Source of the DNA: Octopus sinensis
Lineage: Eukaryota
Length of the DNA stretch: 64,000 nt
Direction of reading: 5' to 3'
Assembly (NCBI RefSeq): GCF_006345805.1
Contig: NC_043019.1
Coordinates: 24,055,360-24,119,359 of the forward strand
The position numbers and the translations under genes are program-made. Under the pieces are notes generated by a model. That model worked only from the letters and a program-made list of their open reading frames with translations, did not search any database and had not been told where the DNA came from. Below are positions 25,330-40,639 of this stretch, one piece after another; the stretch's first letter is position 1; each line of letters begins with the position of its first letter.

Positions 25330-25625
25330 TATGAACTGCAGCCATGAAGGGATACCGACTTGGGACCAAAAATAAACGAACACCGGTTGTCAAGCGGTGG
25401 TGCCAGGCAAACATGAAGTCTCTCACATACAGATACATACATACACACATACATACATACATACATACATACATACATACATACATACATACATACATAC
25501 ATACATACGTACATATATATATATATATATGCATGTATATATAGACATATATAGATGCATACAGACATGTATATATGTATATATACACATACATACATAC
25601 ATACATACATACATACATACATACA

Positions 25626-25656
<31 letters not shown>

Positions 25657-25850
25657 GTATATGTGTGTGTGTGTGTGTGTACGGGCTTCTTTTAGACACC
25701 GCCTACCAAATCCACTGAAAAGGTTTTGGCCGGCCCGGCGCTATATTAGATGCTTGTCCAAGATGCCCCGCTGAGGAATTGCACCCACGACTAAATGCTT
25801 GTGAAGGAATCGTGTTCACCATTCTGCCACGCCTTACCTATGTCGGTTTC
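25330..25850 (-). mobile_element. SINE family B, diverged, with expanded internal (TACA)n
   Basis: ACACCGGTTGTCAAGCGGTGG and ACGGGCTTC..CCTACCAAATCCAC blocks as in 781-1185, separated by microsatellite. Confidence 0.7.
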
Positions 25851-25873
25851 TCTGTGTGTTTGTCTGCCTGTTT

Positions 25874-27085
<1,212 letters not shown>

Positions 27086-27469
27086 TCAAATGTATATATT
27101 TTATATTCCTCATAATTGTAAATGTAGTACTAATATATTGTGCATTGTTTTGTTTGTACCACTTTTGTATTCTGCATGGCGTTAAAAAATGCGCATTTGG
27201 GGTCCGATGAGACTGCGTTTTACTCTTTGTAGTCCAATATGATGTTTACAGTTTTACTATAGTTGGTTTTAGCAAATCTACTCTTCGCAGGCGACGCCCC
27301 AACCAAGTCTAATGGTTGGATCTAATACACACGCACAACGACCCTATATCTAGAATTTGAATTATTTATATTTTCATTGAAATACTTTTCAATTTTATTC
27401 AAATATATTTATTACATTTGTACCTCATTTCCTAAATGTTTTTCGTGTTTTAGTATATGCATGCATATT

Positions 27470-27500
<31 letters not shown>

Positions 27501-28789
27501 CTGTGTGTGTGCATGCGTTTAAGTGTTTGTATCTGCATGCATTTGTGTGTTTCTATGTTTGCATGCATACAAGCACACATATATTTACTAACGTTGCTTC
27601 ATATTGAATATTGACTATGGGTGGACAAATGAATTCTAAATCTTTAATTATCGGTTAAATATTTCTCCATCAAAATGTTTAGATAGGCCATGGTCTATTT
27701 TAATGAATTAATTATAATTACTAGATTCTAGTAAAATGAAGCCAGCGAGATATCAATAGTTAATCCAGAGGAACAAAAGTAAATAACAGGGAATGCTAGC
27801 TATTACATTAACAAGGCAAACATCTATCATTGCACTAAATACATCAAGTGGCAACTATAACTAAGACAAAAGTTCAACCTAAACATCTGCAGACACCTCC
27901 AGAAATCTTCTCACACAAGCAAGCTTAAGCACACACACATACTCACAAATGCAAACACACGTAATTGAGTGTGTGCATTGGTATGCATGCGTGCATATCT
28001 GCGCAGGGATATAATCTTTATGTATGCATACGTACATACATACATACGTACATACATACATGCATATATACACACATATACATATACAAATACATGCATA
28101 CATACACAAACGATGTTATTTGTTGTGTTACATTAATAAATTGAAGAAGAATTCAGCATAATTGAATGTAATTTCTAACTCTTCCAATATTCTCGACACA
28201 TGTTCGAACAGGAATATTATTTCAAAATAGATGCACGTGGGAAAGAAACCGATAAAAGTGGGATGTTCAAATAATATCAGAAAAACAAAATCCACCATTC
28301 TGTTTTACGCGGGCAAACAAGAACCATGTCAAAAATTAGAATTCTTTGTTCATTACAAGAGAAAAGTAAATGCATAATGAATTTGGTAAATAGTTAGTTA
28401 GATATGACTATCCGAATACAGTCAATTCCCAAAGAAAGCAGGACATAATACAAAATGTTTAAATATATGATGTTGAACAAATGCAAAAATATAGTTGTAA
28501 TATGTGTTTGTGTGTGTGTGTGTGTATGTGTGTGTGTGTATGCATTATTCTTTATATTAAACAAATTTCAGTTAGCGTTTTTTATACAACATATTCCATG
28601 CTTAAAGTATAGAATGTTGAGTGTCATTGTATGAAGAATGAAAAATAGATTGTAATAGGAAAGGACATCAAAAGTCTTTACGAAAACGAAAGAATTGGAT
28701 GCTGGTATTATTCGATTACAACGTACGCAACTACTTAAATTTAAATGGTAGACTAGTAGCAGTAGCATAAAAAAGAACAGTAGCTACAA

Positions 28790-28836
<47 letters not shown>
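28790..28836. repeat. (GTA)n microsatellite
   Basis: Direct reading. Confidence 0.95.
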
Positions 28837-28837
<1 letters not shown>

Positions 28838-29559
28838 GTATTGTTATAGCAAATGTAGTTGGAGTGGTAGTAGTGGTAGATGTGGCAGTAAAGCGTATTT
28901 ATGTGTAATATATATGTGTACGTACGTACGTGTGTGCGTGTGTGAGTGCGTGTGTTTGTGTGTAATAATATAAAAATCAATGGTTTCTACCAATGTAGCT
29001 ACAATACTTTCTAGGAAATAAAACTATATAATACTATTACTGTCTCTTCTGTTCATCCTACTAAAACTTATGACATCTATGACCATTGTATATCAAATAA
29101 AAGTGAAGCGAATTGCTTAATATAAATACAACTAAAATGGGAGGACAAACCTTTAGAATACAAGGGATTTTTTTCTGTCAGTATGTATAATGCATACCCA
29201 GCCAGTCCGAGCTAGTGCATTTGGCTGCGCAGAGTATTTAACTAATGAAAATGTTTTGTTCGTCCGAGAAAAAAAGATCAGGCATAGAGTGTGAACCGCC
29301 CCTAAACATATTTCCGTAAACTGCAATATAATAAATAAAAAAAAGATAAGAAGAAATAACAGCTTATGTCAATCATTAAACTGGACGCACGCTGACAGAA
29401 AATTCATGTCACAATTTCCATTTTATGAAAATTGCAACAAAACTAGTAATATTGTAAGTAGGTAGACATTATATCAGTGTTGGTCATGTACAACAGATAT
29501 ATACATCAATAGTGGCATAAAGACTGTGTTGATACCATCATCACCATAACCCTGTGCCT

Positions 29560-29675
29560 CGTCATCGTCGTCATCACAATCATCGCCACCGCCGCCGCCA
29601 CCACCGCCACCACCACCACCGCTACCACCACCACCACCACCACCACCACCGCCACCACTATCATCATCATCATCA
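29560..29675. repeat. (CCA/CCG/CAT)n trinucleotide tract
   Basis: Direct reading. Confidence 0.9.
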
Positions 29676-29779
29676 ATGCTTAATTGTCTTGGTTTTGTTG
29701 ACAGGCTTTGATTATTCAACATCGTGAGCCTCGAATATGAGCTGTATTTTATTTTAGTTTTGTATTTTCTAGCTTATGG

Positions 29780-30040
29780 GGAGTAATCTCTGTAATTAGA
29801 CGCAGCATTTGATATAGCTATCTTACCTCTGATTGTTGTGCCTATTTGAAAAACTTGTAACATATGGTTGTGTATTTCTCTACTTGTTTTAGTAATGACA
29901 TCCAAAGCACCTGTTACTATAGAGTATCTTTCTGCTAGAATCCTGAAGAAGATTCTTGAGATTTGAAGAGATTTCTTGTCAAATATGAAGATAAAATCCC
30001 TGCTAACTAAATTAATATGCACTAGCATAATAGTGATGAT
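29780..30040 (-). mobile_element. R4/Dong-type 3' (RLE) fragment
   Basis: Minus IVTGALDVITK resembles the PIIVGALG.I.K C-terminus of the other copies; abuts (AAT)n 30040-30125. Confidence 0.45.
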
Positions 30041-30041
30041 G

Positions 30042-30095
<54 letters not shown>

Positions 30096-30289
30096 TAATA
30101 ATAATAATAATAACAACAACAATAATGGTTTCTTAAACTTTCTTTAGAACAACACTGTACAAAACTACATATATGGCACCCTTGGCATTGCATCAACATG
30201 AACTTCTAACTTGTCTCTTGAGGTCTCTGGGTGAGACTTGGAGTCAACTTGTACAAATACAAAGCGCAAGTCAAACATAAAATAATAAT

Positions 30290-32820
30290 AAGAAGAAAGC
30301 AAAGATGGTAAGATACGACCAAAGAATGAAGGGTTACCACAAGAATAGGTTATTCAGAGCAGATCAGAAGATATTCTATAAAGAAATAAATGGAGAGTGT
30401 ACAGATGAAAAGTTGATACCAGATAACAATGGAAGACAAAGGTTTTGGAGTGACATCTGGAGCGAAGACGAAGGGTACAAGAAGGATGCTGAATGGCTGC
30501 AAGAACTGAAACAAACATTAGTCTGTCTAAAACAAGCAGAACTAGTCATTTCAGTTAGGGAAGTGAAGGAAATCAGCAAAAAAATGAGCAATTGGAAGGT
30601 CCCGGGACCAGTTGGAGTTCAAGGCTACTGGATCAAAAGATTTGGTGAATGTCATGCACGAATAGCTGCGCAAATCAACGCCTTGTTAAATGCCGACCAA
30701 GGAACACCCGAGTGGTTGACATTGGGTGGGACAGTGTGGTGCTTGAAAAACATCGAAAACAGCAATATGGTAGACAATTACAGGCCGATATCCTGTTTTC
30801 CACTTATGTTGAAATTATTGACTGGAATACTCACAGAGTCAATGTATGAACATCTGGAAAAAATGGAATCCAGCCACATGAGCAGAAGTGTTGCAAGCGT
30901 AGGTACAGAGGCACCAGGGATCAACTCCTGATAGTCAACACGGTATTTAGAGACTGCAAGAGGAGGAGAAATAACTTAGCCATCGTAAGGCGTACGATAT
31001 GATCCCACATTCTTGGATTATGGAATGTATGATCCTATTTGGTATTGCATCGAATGTTGAGCGATTGCTTGGAAAAAGTATGGTGAATTGGAGGGCAGAC
31101 CTGACAGCATACGGAAGCAGTTTAGGGATAGTAAAAATCAGGAGGGACATCTTCCAAGGGGACTGCCTGTTCCAAATGATCTGTTTACTGTGCTTGATAC
31201 CACTAACACTGATTCCGAGGAAGGCAAAAGCTGGGTGTGTATTCAAAAGCCGCGAACAAAAAGTCAACCATTTGCTATTTATGGATGACCTCAAACTGCA
31301 TGGTAAATATGAATCCTAAGATAGTTCCCTCGTTGAGATGGTGTATACTTTCAGTGGTGATATCAGAACGGAGTTCCGACTGAGAAAGTGTGGTGTGTTA
31401 GTCTTGAAGAGAGGCAAAATCAAATATATGGACGGGCTAACGATAGCGTCGGAGTAGGTTATGAAGCAGATAGAAGAGACGGGTTATAACTACTTGGGGA
31501 TTTTGGAAATGGAGAAACTGATGGAGAAAGAAATGACAGAAAAACTTTAAGGTGGAGTACTTGCGCAGACTGAAACTGATCCTTAAGTTGAAATTAACGG
31601 AATAAGATTGAAGCTATCAACAACTGGGCGGTTTCAATCCTTAAATATGGAGCAGGGGTAATCGCATGGACAGTATACGAACTAAACAGCTTAGACAGAA
31701 AGACAAGGAAGTTGCTAACTAGATATGGGATACTCCACCCCAAAAGTGACACAGACAGACGGTATGTACTAAGAAAAAGAGTGGGGAGAGGACGTATTGG
31801 ATGCGAACACAGCATTAGAGCAGAAGAAAACAACATAGCATGGTATGTAAAAATGCCACAGAACCGCTATTATTTGAAGTAAGAAGGTCAGGCTTGTGTA
31901 GGATAAAAGATCGCAAAGATAAAGCGCTATACAAAAAATTGAAAACGAATGAAACTGAAAATATGTGAGTTAAGAAAAGAATGCATGGTCAATTTCATAG
32001 AGATGTTGAAGATAAGACAGACAGAAAAAAGATAGCTGTGGATTACTAAAAGTGATTTAAAACCGGAAACGGAGGCTCTAATCTGTGCTGCTCAGGAGCA
32101 AGCACTAAGAATAAATTACATAAAATACAGAATAGACAACACATCAGAAAGTGATAAGTGCAGAATTTATGGTGAAACCGTATGGCATATTACCAGTCAA
32201 TGAACGCCACAAGCCCAGAAGGAATACAAGAGACACCACGATAATATAGCAAGACTTATCCATTGGACACTTTGCAACAAGTATAGACTTGACAGAGCAA
32301 GAAATGTTATGACCATAAACCCGAAGGCATCATCGATAATGATAATGCAAAGATCCTGTGGGATTTTATGATTCAGTGCGACTATGAGATATAGAATAGG
32401 AAGCCAGACATATTCTTAATTGGGAAGAAAGTAAACTATGCAAGATCATTGATATAGCATGCCCAGCTGATAACAAGGTATGCGATAAGGAAGAAAGAAA
32501 AGTCGATAGATATATCAGGTTATCTTGGGAGGTTAAGCAGTTGTGGTCGATGCAAAGGGTGGTAGTAGTAGCAATAATTGTCGGAGCCCTGAGAACAGTG
32601 AGTAAAACTATTGAGAAGTACATGGAACACATAGGGGCTGCAATAAGGGAGGAAAACTTTCAGAAAACAGTACTGCTTGGAACCACTCCAATACTCCAGA
32701 AGGTGCTCGAAAAATAAGGGGTGTTACCTTAGTTCACTGGTAGGGAAAAGCTGACACCATAGTACATCTCCAGCATTAGAAGCTGTGCAAAGGCAATAAC
32801 AACAACAACAACAATAATTA
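30290..32820 (+). mobile_element. R4/Dong-type non-LTR retrotransposon (RT, CCHC, RLE), 5'-truncated pseudogene
   Basis: [53 protein letters not shown], zinc-finger region near 32150, WDF.IQCD..RKPDI..IIDIACP, IIVGALRTV; (AAC/AAT) tail near 32800. Confidence 0.93.
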
Positions 32821-32859
32821 TAAGGATGATAAGAGCAAACGGAACGTAAAAGACCACAC

Positions 32860-35495
32860 TGGCGTAGATGAATTTGTAAGAAATAAACAAAGTTAAAAAG
32901 ACATTTAGGACAACTGGATAGATTGAAAATAGAAAAGAACGAAAGCATAAGAATAGTGCTTGAAAGGACATATAGAATAAGAGATAAAGGGTATGTTGTG
33001 ATGATGGAAGAATTGAAACAAAGAGTAGGAGCAATCAAAGCAAAACTAGAAAGATATGACAATAGAACAAAACAATTCAGGCAAAACAGATTGTTTGAAA
33101 CAAATCAGAAGAAACTGTTTCGGGAGCTAGATGGGCAACTACACGTAACAATGATACTAGATGGAGACGAAAGCAGGGCGCTCTGGAGAGTAATCTGGGA
33201 CCCACCTGTAGAGCATAACAATAAAGCGGAGTGGCTGCATGAAATCCAAGATAGGTTAAGAAATATAGAAGGCCAAGACGACATAAAAATAATTATATAA
33301 ATGATAAAAAGCAATTAAGAAAATTCCCAAATTGGCAGAGCCCAGGACCGGATAGGTTCCGATGTTATTGGATGAAGAAGCTGTGAGGGCTCCATGAAAG
33401 GATATCACAACAGCTAGATGAGTGCTTACAGGAAGGCGTGATACCCAGCCGGACGACAAAAGCAAGACATTGTTATGTGCCAAGGATCTTGAAAAGGGTA
33501 ATGCTGCATCCAACTTTCGACCAGTAACGTTCCTTCCACTAATGTGGAAACTAATGTCAGATGCTTTAGACGGTCAATTGTATAGATACTTAGAAAAAAG
33601 TGAGATGCTACCTATTGACCAGAAAGGGTTCCGAATGAAAGATCAGCTTTCAATTAATAATCTAATTACCAGGAACTGCAAGAGAAGACACACAAACCTG
33701 GGTATGGCATGGATTGGCTATCATAAAGCATACGATATGAAACCACATTCATGGATAACAAGAACAATGGAAATGTATGGAGTAGTAGAAAACATGAGAA
33801 GCCTTATATGGAACAGCATGAAATGTTGGAGAACTGAGTTGACATCAGGGAATCAGGTATTAGGATAGGTGGAAATCAAGAGAAGAATCTTCCAGGGGAA
33901 CAGTGTGTCCCCACTGATATTTGTGCTGGGGGGTGATCTCCTCGAGTGAAATACTACAGAAGACAAAGTTGTGTTATAATCTGGGAAGAGGTAAAGGAGA
34001 ACCGAACTATTTGCTATTCATGGACGTTTTGAAGCTGTTCACAAAAAATGAGCAGAACTGGACAGCTAAGTCCAGTCTGCGCAGATTTCTCGAATAATAT
34101 TATGATGGAGTTTGGACTCTCAAAATGTTCCACGATGGTGATGAGACGAAGAAAGCTTGTCAGGACAGAAGGTGTATGTATGCCAAGTGGTGAAATGATT
34201 ATGGCAATTGAAGCTCAATCCAGTTATAAATACCTTGAAATTAAACACAACGCTTTGAAAGAAAAGACAAAGAAACAGTACCTGCGGTGAGTGAGAAAGG
34301 TATTGGCTTCAAAGTTGAATATCACAAACATAATTTCGGCAATACACTCGCGCGCAGTCGCAGTGGTTCGATATGGCGCTAGAATTCTGAAGCGGACAGA
34401 AGAAGAGCTAAAGAAGATGGACAGGAAGTCAAGAAAACACCTAACGATGCATGGAGCACATCATCCACGTGCAGACTACTGATCCCCTATACATGAAAAA
34501 AAAAACACAAAGGGAGGAAAGGGACTGATACGTGTGGATGACTGCGTACGTATCGAACTCAAGAGCTTCATGAGATACCTTTCTCAAAGTAAGGAAACCT
34601 TGCTAGTGACAGTTAAGAACGAGGGAGTATTGAAAGCAGAGAAAAAAGGAATAGCAAAGGAAGCAGTACAAAAAGGACATGAAGAAGAATTACGCAAGAA
34701 GGGACTACACAATCAATTCCATATAGCCAAAACAGAGTTGCTGAAAAACATAGATACATAGATGGGATTACCTGAAGAAAGGAACACTAAAACAAGATGC
34801 TGAGAGCACTATACTAGCAGTGCAAGACCAAGCTTTGGCTACAAATTGCAAGGTCAACCTCAGGAAAGAGCAAGTGTCTCCGCTGTGCCACATCTGCAAT
34901 AGAGTGAACGAAACCATTGACCATATCGCGAACGAATACTCTAGACTTGCCCCAAACGCCTATAAGTTGTGACGATATGATAAAGTAGCGAAAGTGTTAC
35001 ATTGGAAACTGTGCGAAAAGTGGGGAATAGCGAGAGGCAAGACGTGGTATGAGCACAAACTACAGAGAGTATCGGAGTCGGAGACTAGAAAATTCCTCTA
35101 GGATTTCCCAATTCAAACAGATCAGGTGCTTGAGCATAACAGACAAGATCTATTGGTCGTCAACAAGATTCACCATATGTGCTATGTAATTTATGTTGTG
35201 TTCCCCCTTGTCCAACATATAGTCAAAAATGAAGGTAAAAAATAGATTAATACGACCCTGTAAAGTACGAAATAACCCGGCTATGGAAAATGAAGAGGGT
35301 TAAGTGCCAATTATTGCTGGGTCCTTGTGGGAGAGTATCAAAAGGCATCAAGAGGAATATAAAGGAAATCAGAATAGAATACCCAGTAGAACTGTTACAG
35401 AAGCTTTGCCTCCTAGGCACGGCCAGAATAATCAGGAAAGTATTAGATAATTGAAAAGAACAGGAGTTCCAACAAAACCTGTGATAAAAAGAAAT
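32860..35495 (+). mobile_element. R4/Dong-type non-LTR retrotransposon (RT, CCHC, RLE), 5'-truncated pseudogene
   Basis: RYDNRTKQFRQNRLFETNQKK, NFRPVTFLPL, KAYDMKPHSWI, IFQG.SVSPL, HGAHHPRAD, PLCHICNRVNETIDHI, DFPIQTDQ; ends at (AAT)n. Confidence 0.93.
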
Positions 35496-35505
35496 AATAA
35501 TGATG

Positions 35506-35553
<48 letters not shown>

Positions 35554-35697
35554 TAATAATAATGATGATGATGATGATGAAGATGAAGATGATGATGATG
35601 ATGATGATGATGATGCTGATGCTGATGCTGATGCTGATGATCATGATGATGATCATGATGATAATGATGATGATGATGATGATGATGATAATAATGA
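35495..35697. repeat. Compound (AAT)n/(GAT)n/(CTGATG)n microsatellite
   Basis: Direct reading. Confidence 0.95.
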
Positions 35698-35886
35698 AAT
35701 AAAAAATCGAAGAGTGCCATAGTTATCATGTGAAATTAGTTGAACGATATTTCGGCATCTAGCGTGCCTTCCACACGTTCAAAAATTACATGTCAGTCTA
35801 CATTTTTTTAAGTTTCTATAGGACTGTGATAATTTTTTTAAATTTCTGTATAACTTTTAGAGGAGTTACCTCAGTCCTATATAATC

Positions 35887-35937
<51 letters not shown>

Positions 35938-35940
<3 letters not shown>

Positions 35941-36427
35941 TACATTGTTTTGTCTTGGTATAAAAGATGGGCTACAGCAAATATTCTGCTCAATACCACA
36001 GATTTGCTTGTCAGTTGTTTGACCTTAACCAGTTGAGCATGTCCCTTAGTGGCTGACGATATGTGCATCTCTGATCACGAGCAGAAGTAGTGGGGGAGCA
36101 TCATAGCCGTGTGTTGAGAGGGATTCTTTGGGGTTTGAACAGTTCACCTCTGGAAACATGGGTGGTTCTTTCAACATCCTTAAAGAACCCTTATTCAGGG
36201 ACCGTTTGAGCGGGATGGGCTACTCAATCTGAAGAAAATTCTAACTGGGCCCCACCTGCAAGGTCATGTGCTGTTTATCTTGATATGAGATCACCATGTC
36301 GCGCACATATGGTTGTGATGCATGTGCCTGGTGTACCTTTATCAGACGGGTAGTCATGATGGGTATATTGGGCTTCGTATATTTTACCCCAGTGTCACTT
36401 TGATGGCATGAACTGCTCTCTCACTCA

Positions 36428-36428
<1 letters not shown>
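35938..36428. mobile_element. (AAT)n-flanked ~560-bp non-coding interspersed element, copy 1 (left end truncated)
   Basis: Near-identical to 36572-37062; bounded by (AAT)n on both sides. Confidence 0.85.
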
Positions 36429-36502
<74 letters not shown>

Positions 36503-36508
<6 letters not shown>

Positions 36509-37061
36509 GCCCTGATGCAGTACCAGGCAGTGGCTCTCATGGCTTCTGATCTTAACTGATTGGAAGTGTTATCATGTACATGTTTTGTCTTGGTATAAAA
36601 GATGGGCTACAGCAAATATTCTGCTCAATACCACAGATTTGCTTGTCAGTTGTTTGACCTTAACCAGTTGAGCATGTCCCTTCGTGGCTGACAATATGTG
36701 CATCTCTGATCACGAGCAGAAGTAGTGGGGGAGCATCATAGCCATGTGTTGAGAGGGATTCTTTGGGGTTTGAATAGTTCACCTCTGGAAACATGGGTGG
36801 TTCTTTCAACATCCTTAAAGAACCCTTATTCAGGGACCGTTTGAGCGGGATGGGCTACTCAATCTGAAGAAAATTCTAATTGGGCCCCACCTGCAAGGTC
36901 ATGTGCTGTTTATCTTGATATGAGATCACCATGTCGCGCACATATGGTTGTGATGCATGTGCCTGGTGTACCTTTATCAGACGGGTAGTCATGATGGGTA
37001 TATTGGGCTTCGTATATTTTACCCCAGTGTCACTTTGATGGCATGCACTGCTCTCTCACTC

Positions 37062-37062
<1 letters not shown>
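36503..37062. mobile_element. (AAT)n-flanked ~560-bp non-coding interspersed element, copy 2 (full)
   Basis: Starts AATGCCCTGATGCAGTACCAGGCAGTGGC, ends CTCTCTCACTCAATAAT; diverged third copy at 39040-39350. Confidence 0.85.
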
Positions 37063-37093
<31 letters not shown>

Positions 37094-37119
37094 TAATAAT
37101 AATAATAATAATATATCGT

Positions 37120-39035
37120 GAAAAAGCAGTGGCTACTCCTGTTGGAACTAGAGATCTCCATAATAGTGAAAGAGTGTGTGTATGACTTTGCTGAACTAGG
37201 GGAGCAAAAAGCAGACAAGAACTGAGATTAGTAGAGGGACCAAAAATTCCTCACACAATAGCTACTTGGGTGATGGTAAATTTTACTTTGTGGAGGGAAA
37301 CACTGTTAAAGAGGAAGAAAGAAACTTACTGCTACACCTGAATGAGATGCCAAATAGCGGAAGAAGAAGGCTGCCAGCTCTGAAAGGAATCGAAAGAGGA
37401 AAACCATGTAAAATAGTGAAGAAAATGGACGAATTGTTAACGAAAATCTACATTGAAAATATAACAGATTTAAACTGTTAGAGTTAAAAGTGAAAGAAAA
37501 ACAAAGGACAAAATGCCATGGTGGGAATGAAGACTTGAGAACCAAATTGATGATCACAGGAGAGAACTTGGACGGATAATTGCAATCATAGAAAAGAAGA
37601 GGGTGAGGAAAAGACATTGGACCAAACTGCAAAGAAAGCACAACACAAGACACAAAGGACTGCTGGTAGTTAAAGAAGAACTAAGACAAAGAATTAAAGC
37701 AGTGTCGGGTAAAACAAAACAAAGATAAAAAAAACAAAGAAAGATAACGACAGAGAGCAAATCAATACAAGTAGAATAGACTCCTCAAGAACAATGCAAG
37801 GGAATTCTATAAATAGCTGAACAATGAAAAAGAGCATCAGGGAAATAATATAGCAGATGCTGAAGGAACAAGAAAATTATGGGTAGAAATCTGCGACGAA
37901 GTCCAGCATAATATAAAAGTAGAGTGGTTAATGAAATTTAAAAGAGAAATGAAAGTTGGAGTAATAGAAAAAGATATAGGAATCACGGATAAGAAAATAA
38001 AAGAAATGATTAAAAGAATGGCAAACTGAAAAGCCCCTGGGCCAGATGGTGTCCAGGGTTTCTAACTCAGAAATCTCCCAAATACACAGTTATATACAAC
38101 TAATTTTTAGTTCTAAACTGCTTAGAAAATGAACATCAACATGGATGACAAAATGAAGAACAATGCTGGTACAGAAAGAAAAAGAAAGGGAAGCAAAGTC
38201 AGCAATTATAGACCTATTACTTGCTTATCATTATTCTGGAAAGTATTAACTGGCCTCATTGCAAATGAAGTGTATAATTTTCCGTTTCTGGAGAAGTAGA
38301 GTCTATTGCCAGAGGAACACAAACGGATGTTGGAAGAAATCAAAGGAAACTAATGATCCGCTATATATACAGATAGTAGATTAGGAAGGTGCTCGAAACA
38401 AAATTAAATGGAGGGAGCATAATCAAATCCATAAATACATAGGCTATTCCCGTATTGAGATACTCTGCTTCTGAAACGGACAGAGGTCGAGCTAAAAAAA
38501 TTTGTATATAAAAGCCAGAAAGCTGCTGACAATACAGAACGCTCTCCACATTAAATGCAATAGCGATCGACTCTACCTACCAAGGAAGGAATTTGGCAGA
38601 GAGTTACTATACGCAGAAATAAACTGTCAATACTGTGATACTGAATCTGAAAAATTACGTTGGGCAGGGCAAAGAAAGAATATTGTAGCCAGAAATCCCC
38701 AAGAAGTGACCGATACAGTAGGATAATTCAAAGAGAAAAGAAAGGACAACGGAACCAACAAATGGAAAAAAATGGATATGGCCAATTCAAGCAACAGACC
38801 GAAAATGTTGGAAGTAAAGATCGGTAACTTTGGTTGACGGACGGGAACTTGAAACGAAATACACAGAAACCCTAACCCTAACCTTAATTATAGCCGCTCA
38901 GGAGCAAGAACTTAGAACAAATCTGATAAAGCCAAAGATCGACGAAAATCAGTCAAACAGTAAATGTAGAATCTGCAGAAAAGGAGATGAAAGTATCAGT
39001 CACAAAATAGGTACACGAGTGCAGACATGACTGTG
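37120..39035 (+). mobile_element. R4/Dong-type element, decayed and internally deleted
   Basis: KAPGPDGVQG, NYRPITCLSL, KLLTIQNALHIKCNSDRLYLPRKEFGR, LIIAAQEQELRTN..SKCRICRKGDESISH. Confidence 0.85.
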
Positions 39036-39039
39036 ATAA

Positions 39040-39350
39040 ATGCCCTAAACATTACCAGGTAGTGGCTCTCATGACTTCTTATCAAAACTTATTGGAAATG
39101 TTATCATGTAGATGTTTTGTCTTGGTGTAAAAGATACGCTACAGTAAATATTCGGCTCTATACAACACATTTGATTCTCAGTTCCTTGGCCTTAACCAGT
39201 TGAGCAAGTTCCTTAGGGGCTGACGATATGTGCATATCTGATTACAAGCTGGAGTAATGGGTGAGCATCATATTTATATGTTCAAAGGAAATTTTGGACT
39301 TTGAATAATTCACCTCTGGAAATATGGGTGTTTCATTTAGCAACCTGTGA
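39040..39350. mobile_element. Diverged copy of the ~560-bp (AAT)n-associated element
   Basis: AATGCCCTAAACATTACCAGGTAGTGGCTCTCATGACTTC...TTGAATAATTCACCTCTGGAAATATGGGTG aligns with 36503-36800. Confidence 0.8.
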
Positions 39351-39779
39351 GGACATCCATTTCAGCAGCAATCAATTATAACCACCGATTTTTCATAGGT
39401 TGTGCTCCTGTGGTGCTGTTGAATATATTCCATTTTCAGTGATATATGACGCGTTGCTTTGTGCTGGCTTTGTTTAACAGTTTACCCCCGAACATACACA
39501 TTCACGACCATCCGGTGAGCATTCAGAATGTTGGGTTCACCTGTTTTTGGTCCGAATTGTTTCGTTTCATTGCAAACTGCTAAATCATTTGTCGTTTAAT
39601 TTGCGTTGGAGAAAAATCATTTTCCCCGTTTGATAGTATTCGTGTTCAACTACAAAGTCTTGAATGCAAGTATACATTTATTTTCATTTCTTTGAATCCC
39701 AGCAATATGAGACAATTAAGAACGTCTTAATTGTGCTAGATAATTTTAAAAATTTTGTCATATTATTTCTCTGTGAAGA

Positions 39780-39823
<44 letters not shown>

Positions 39824-39850
39824 GAGAGAGAGAGAGAGGAGGGAGTGAGA
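39780..39850. repeat. (GA)n microsatellite
   Basis: Direct reading. Confidence 0.95.
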
Positions 39851-40639
39851 GAGGAGGAGGAAGAAATAATTTAGCAGAGTAAGGAAGATATACGAATAAC
39901 ATTTCATAATTCGTTAAGTTGCCCGTTTATTTAATTATATTTAAGCCAATCTTTTCAACTAAGAGTAAATTTTAGAAACACCAGCTTATGTTTCTTATAA
40001 TTCCTTTCATAAAAAAAGCAAAGGTGACACCAAGCATACACTAATTTGTCATCATTTGAACCATTTATAGATGGCCATCGGCACTTTTACATTTAAGTAG
40101 GCTTTGCCATAGCAAGATAAAAACCAATGACATTTAAAACTTAAATCTATGTTAAAATTTGTATCTTATAACGTGACTGAGATTTTATTCGATTTAATCT
40201 GTATTTGCATCTATACATTCGATTTTATTCACTTATTTATATGTATTATATTTTCTCCATAATTTCCATAAAATATAAAGGAACAGATCTAGAAGAAACA
40301 ACATTTTTGATAATGACTGAAATTGCGATACCCCCCCCCCCACCCTGTCTGAGGATAAAATGCTTTACTTGTTCTGTGACACTACGCCAATCATAAGAGT
40401 GACACTCTAAACATGACAAAGTGTCATGGAAACATAGCATTGTAGAAAATGTAAAGTTGATAATTTGAAACAAACGCAATTCTTTCAAGTAATCTTAAAG
40501 CAAAGGGATGATACAACTGATGCAAATGTAACATATATTTGGATAAAAGAAAGTCAATGAAAGCGATACGGGAATCGTAAATTAATGGATTGTTCAAGTT
40601 CAAAGGCGCACAAATGCCATATCATTCGGCACGTCAATT

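Noticed and set aside
35247-35729. His-rich 160-aa ORF on minus
   Set aside because: Compound trinucleotide repeat plus the antisense of a retrotransposon end
38868-38885. (CCCTAA)2 telomere-like motif
   Set aside because: Small local duplication inside retrotransposon coding sequence
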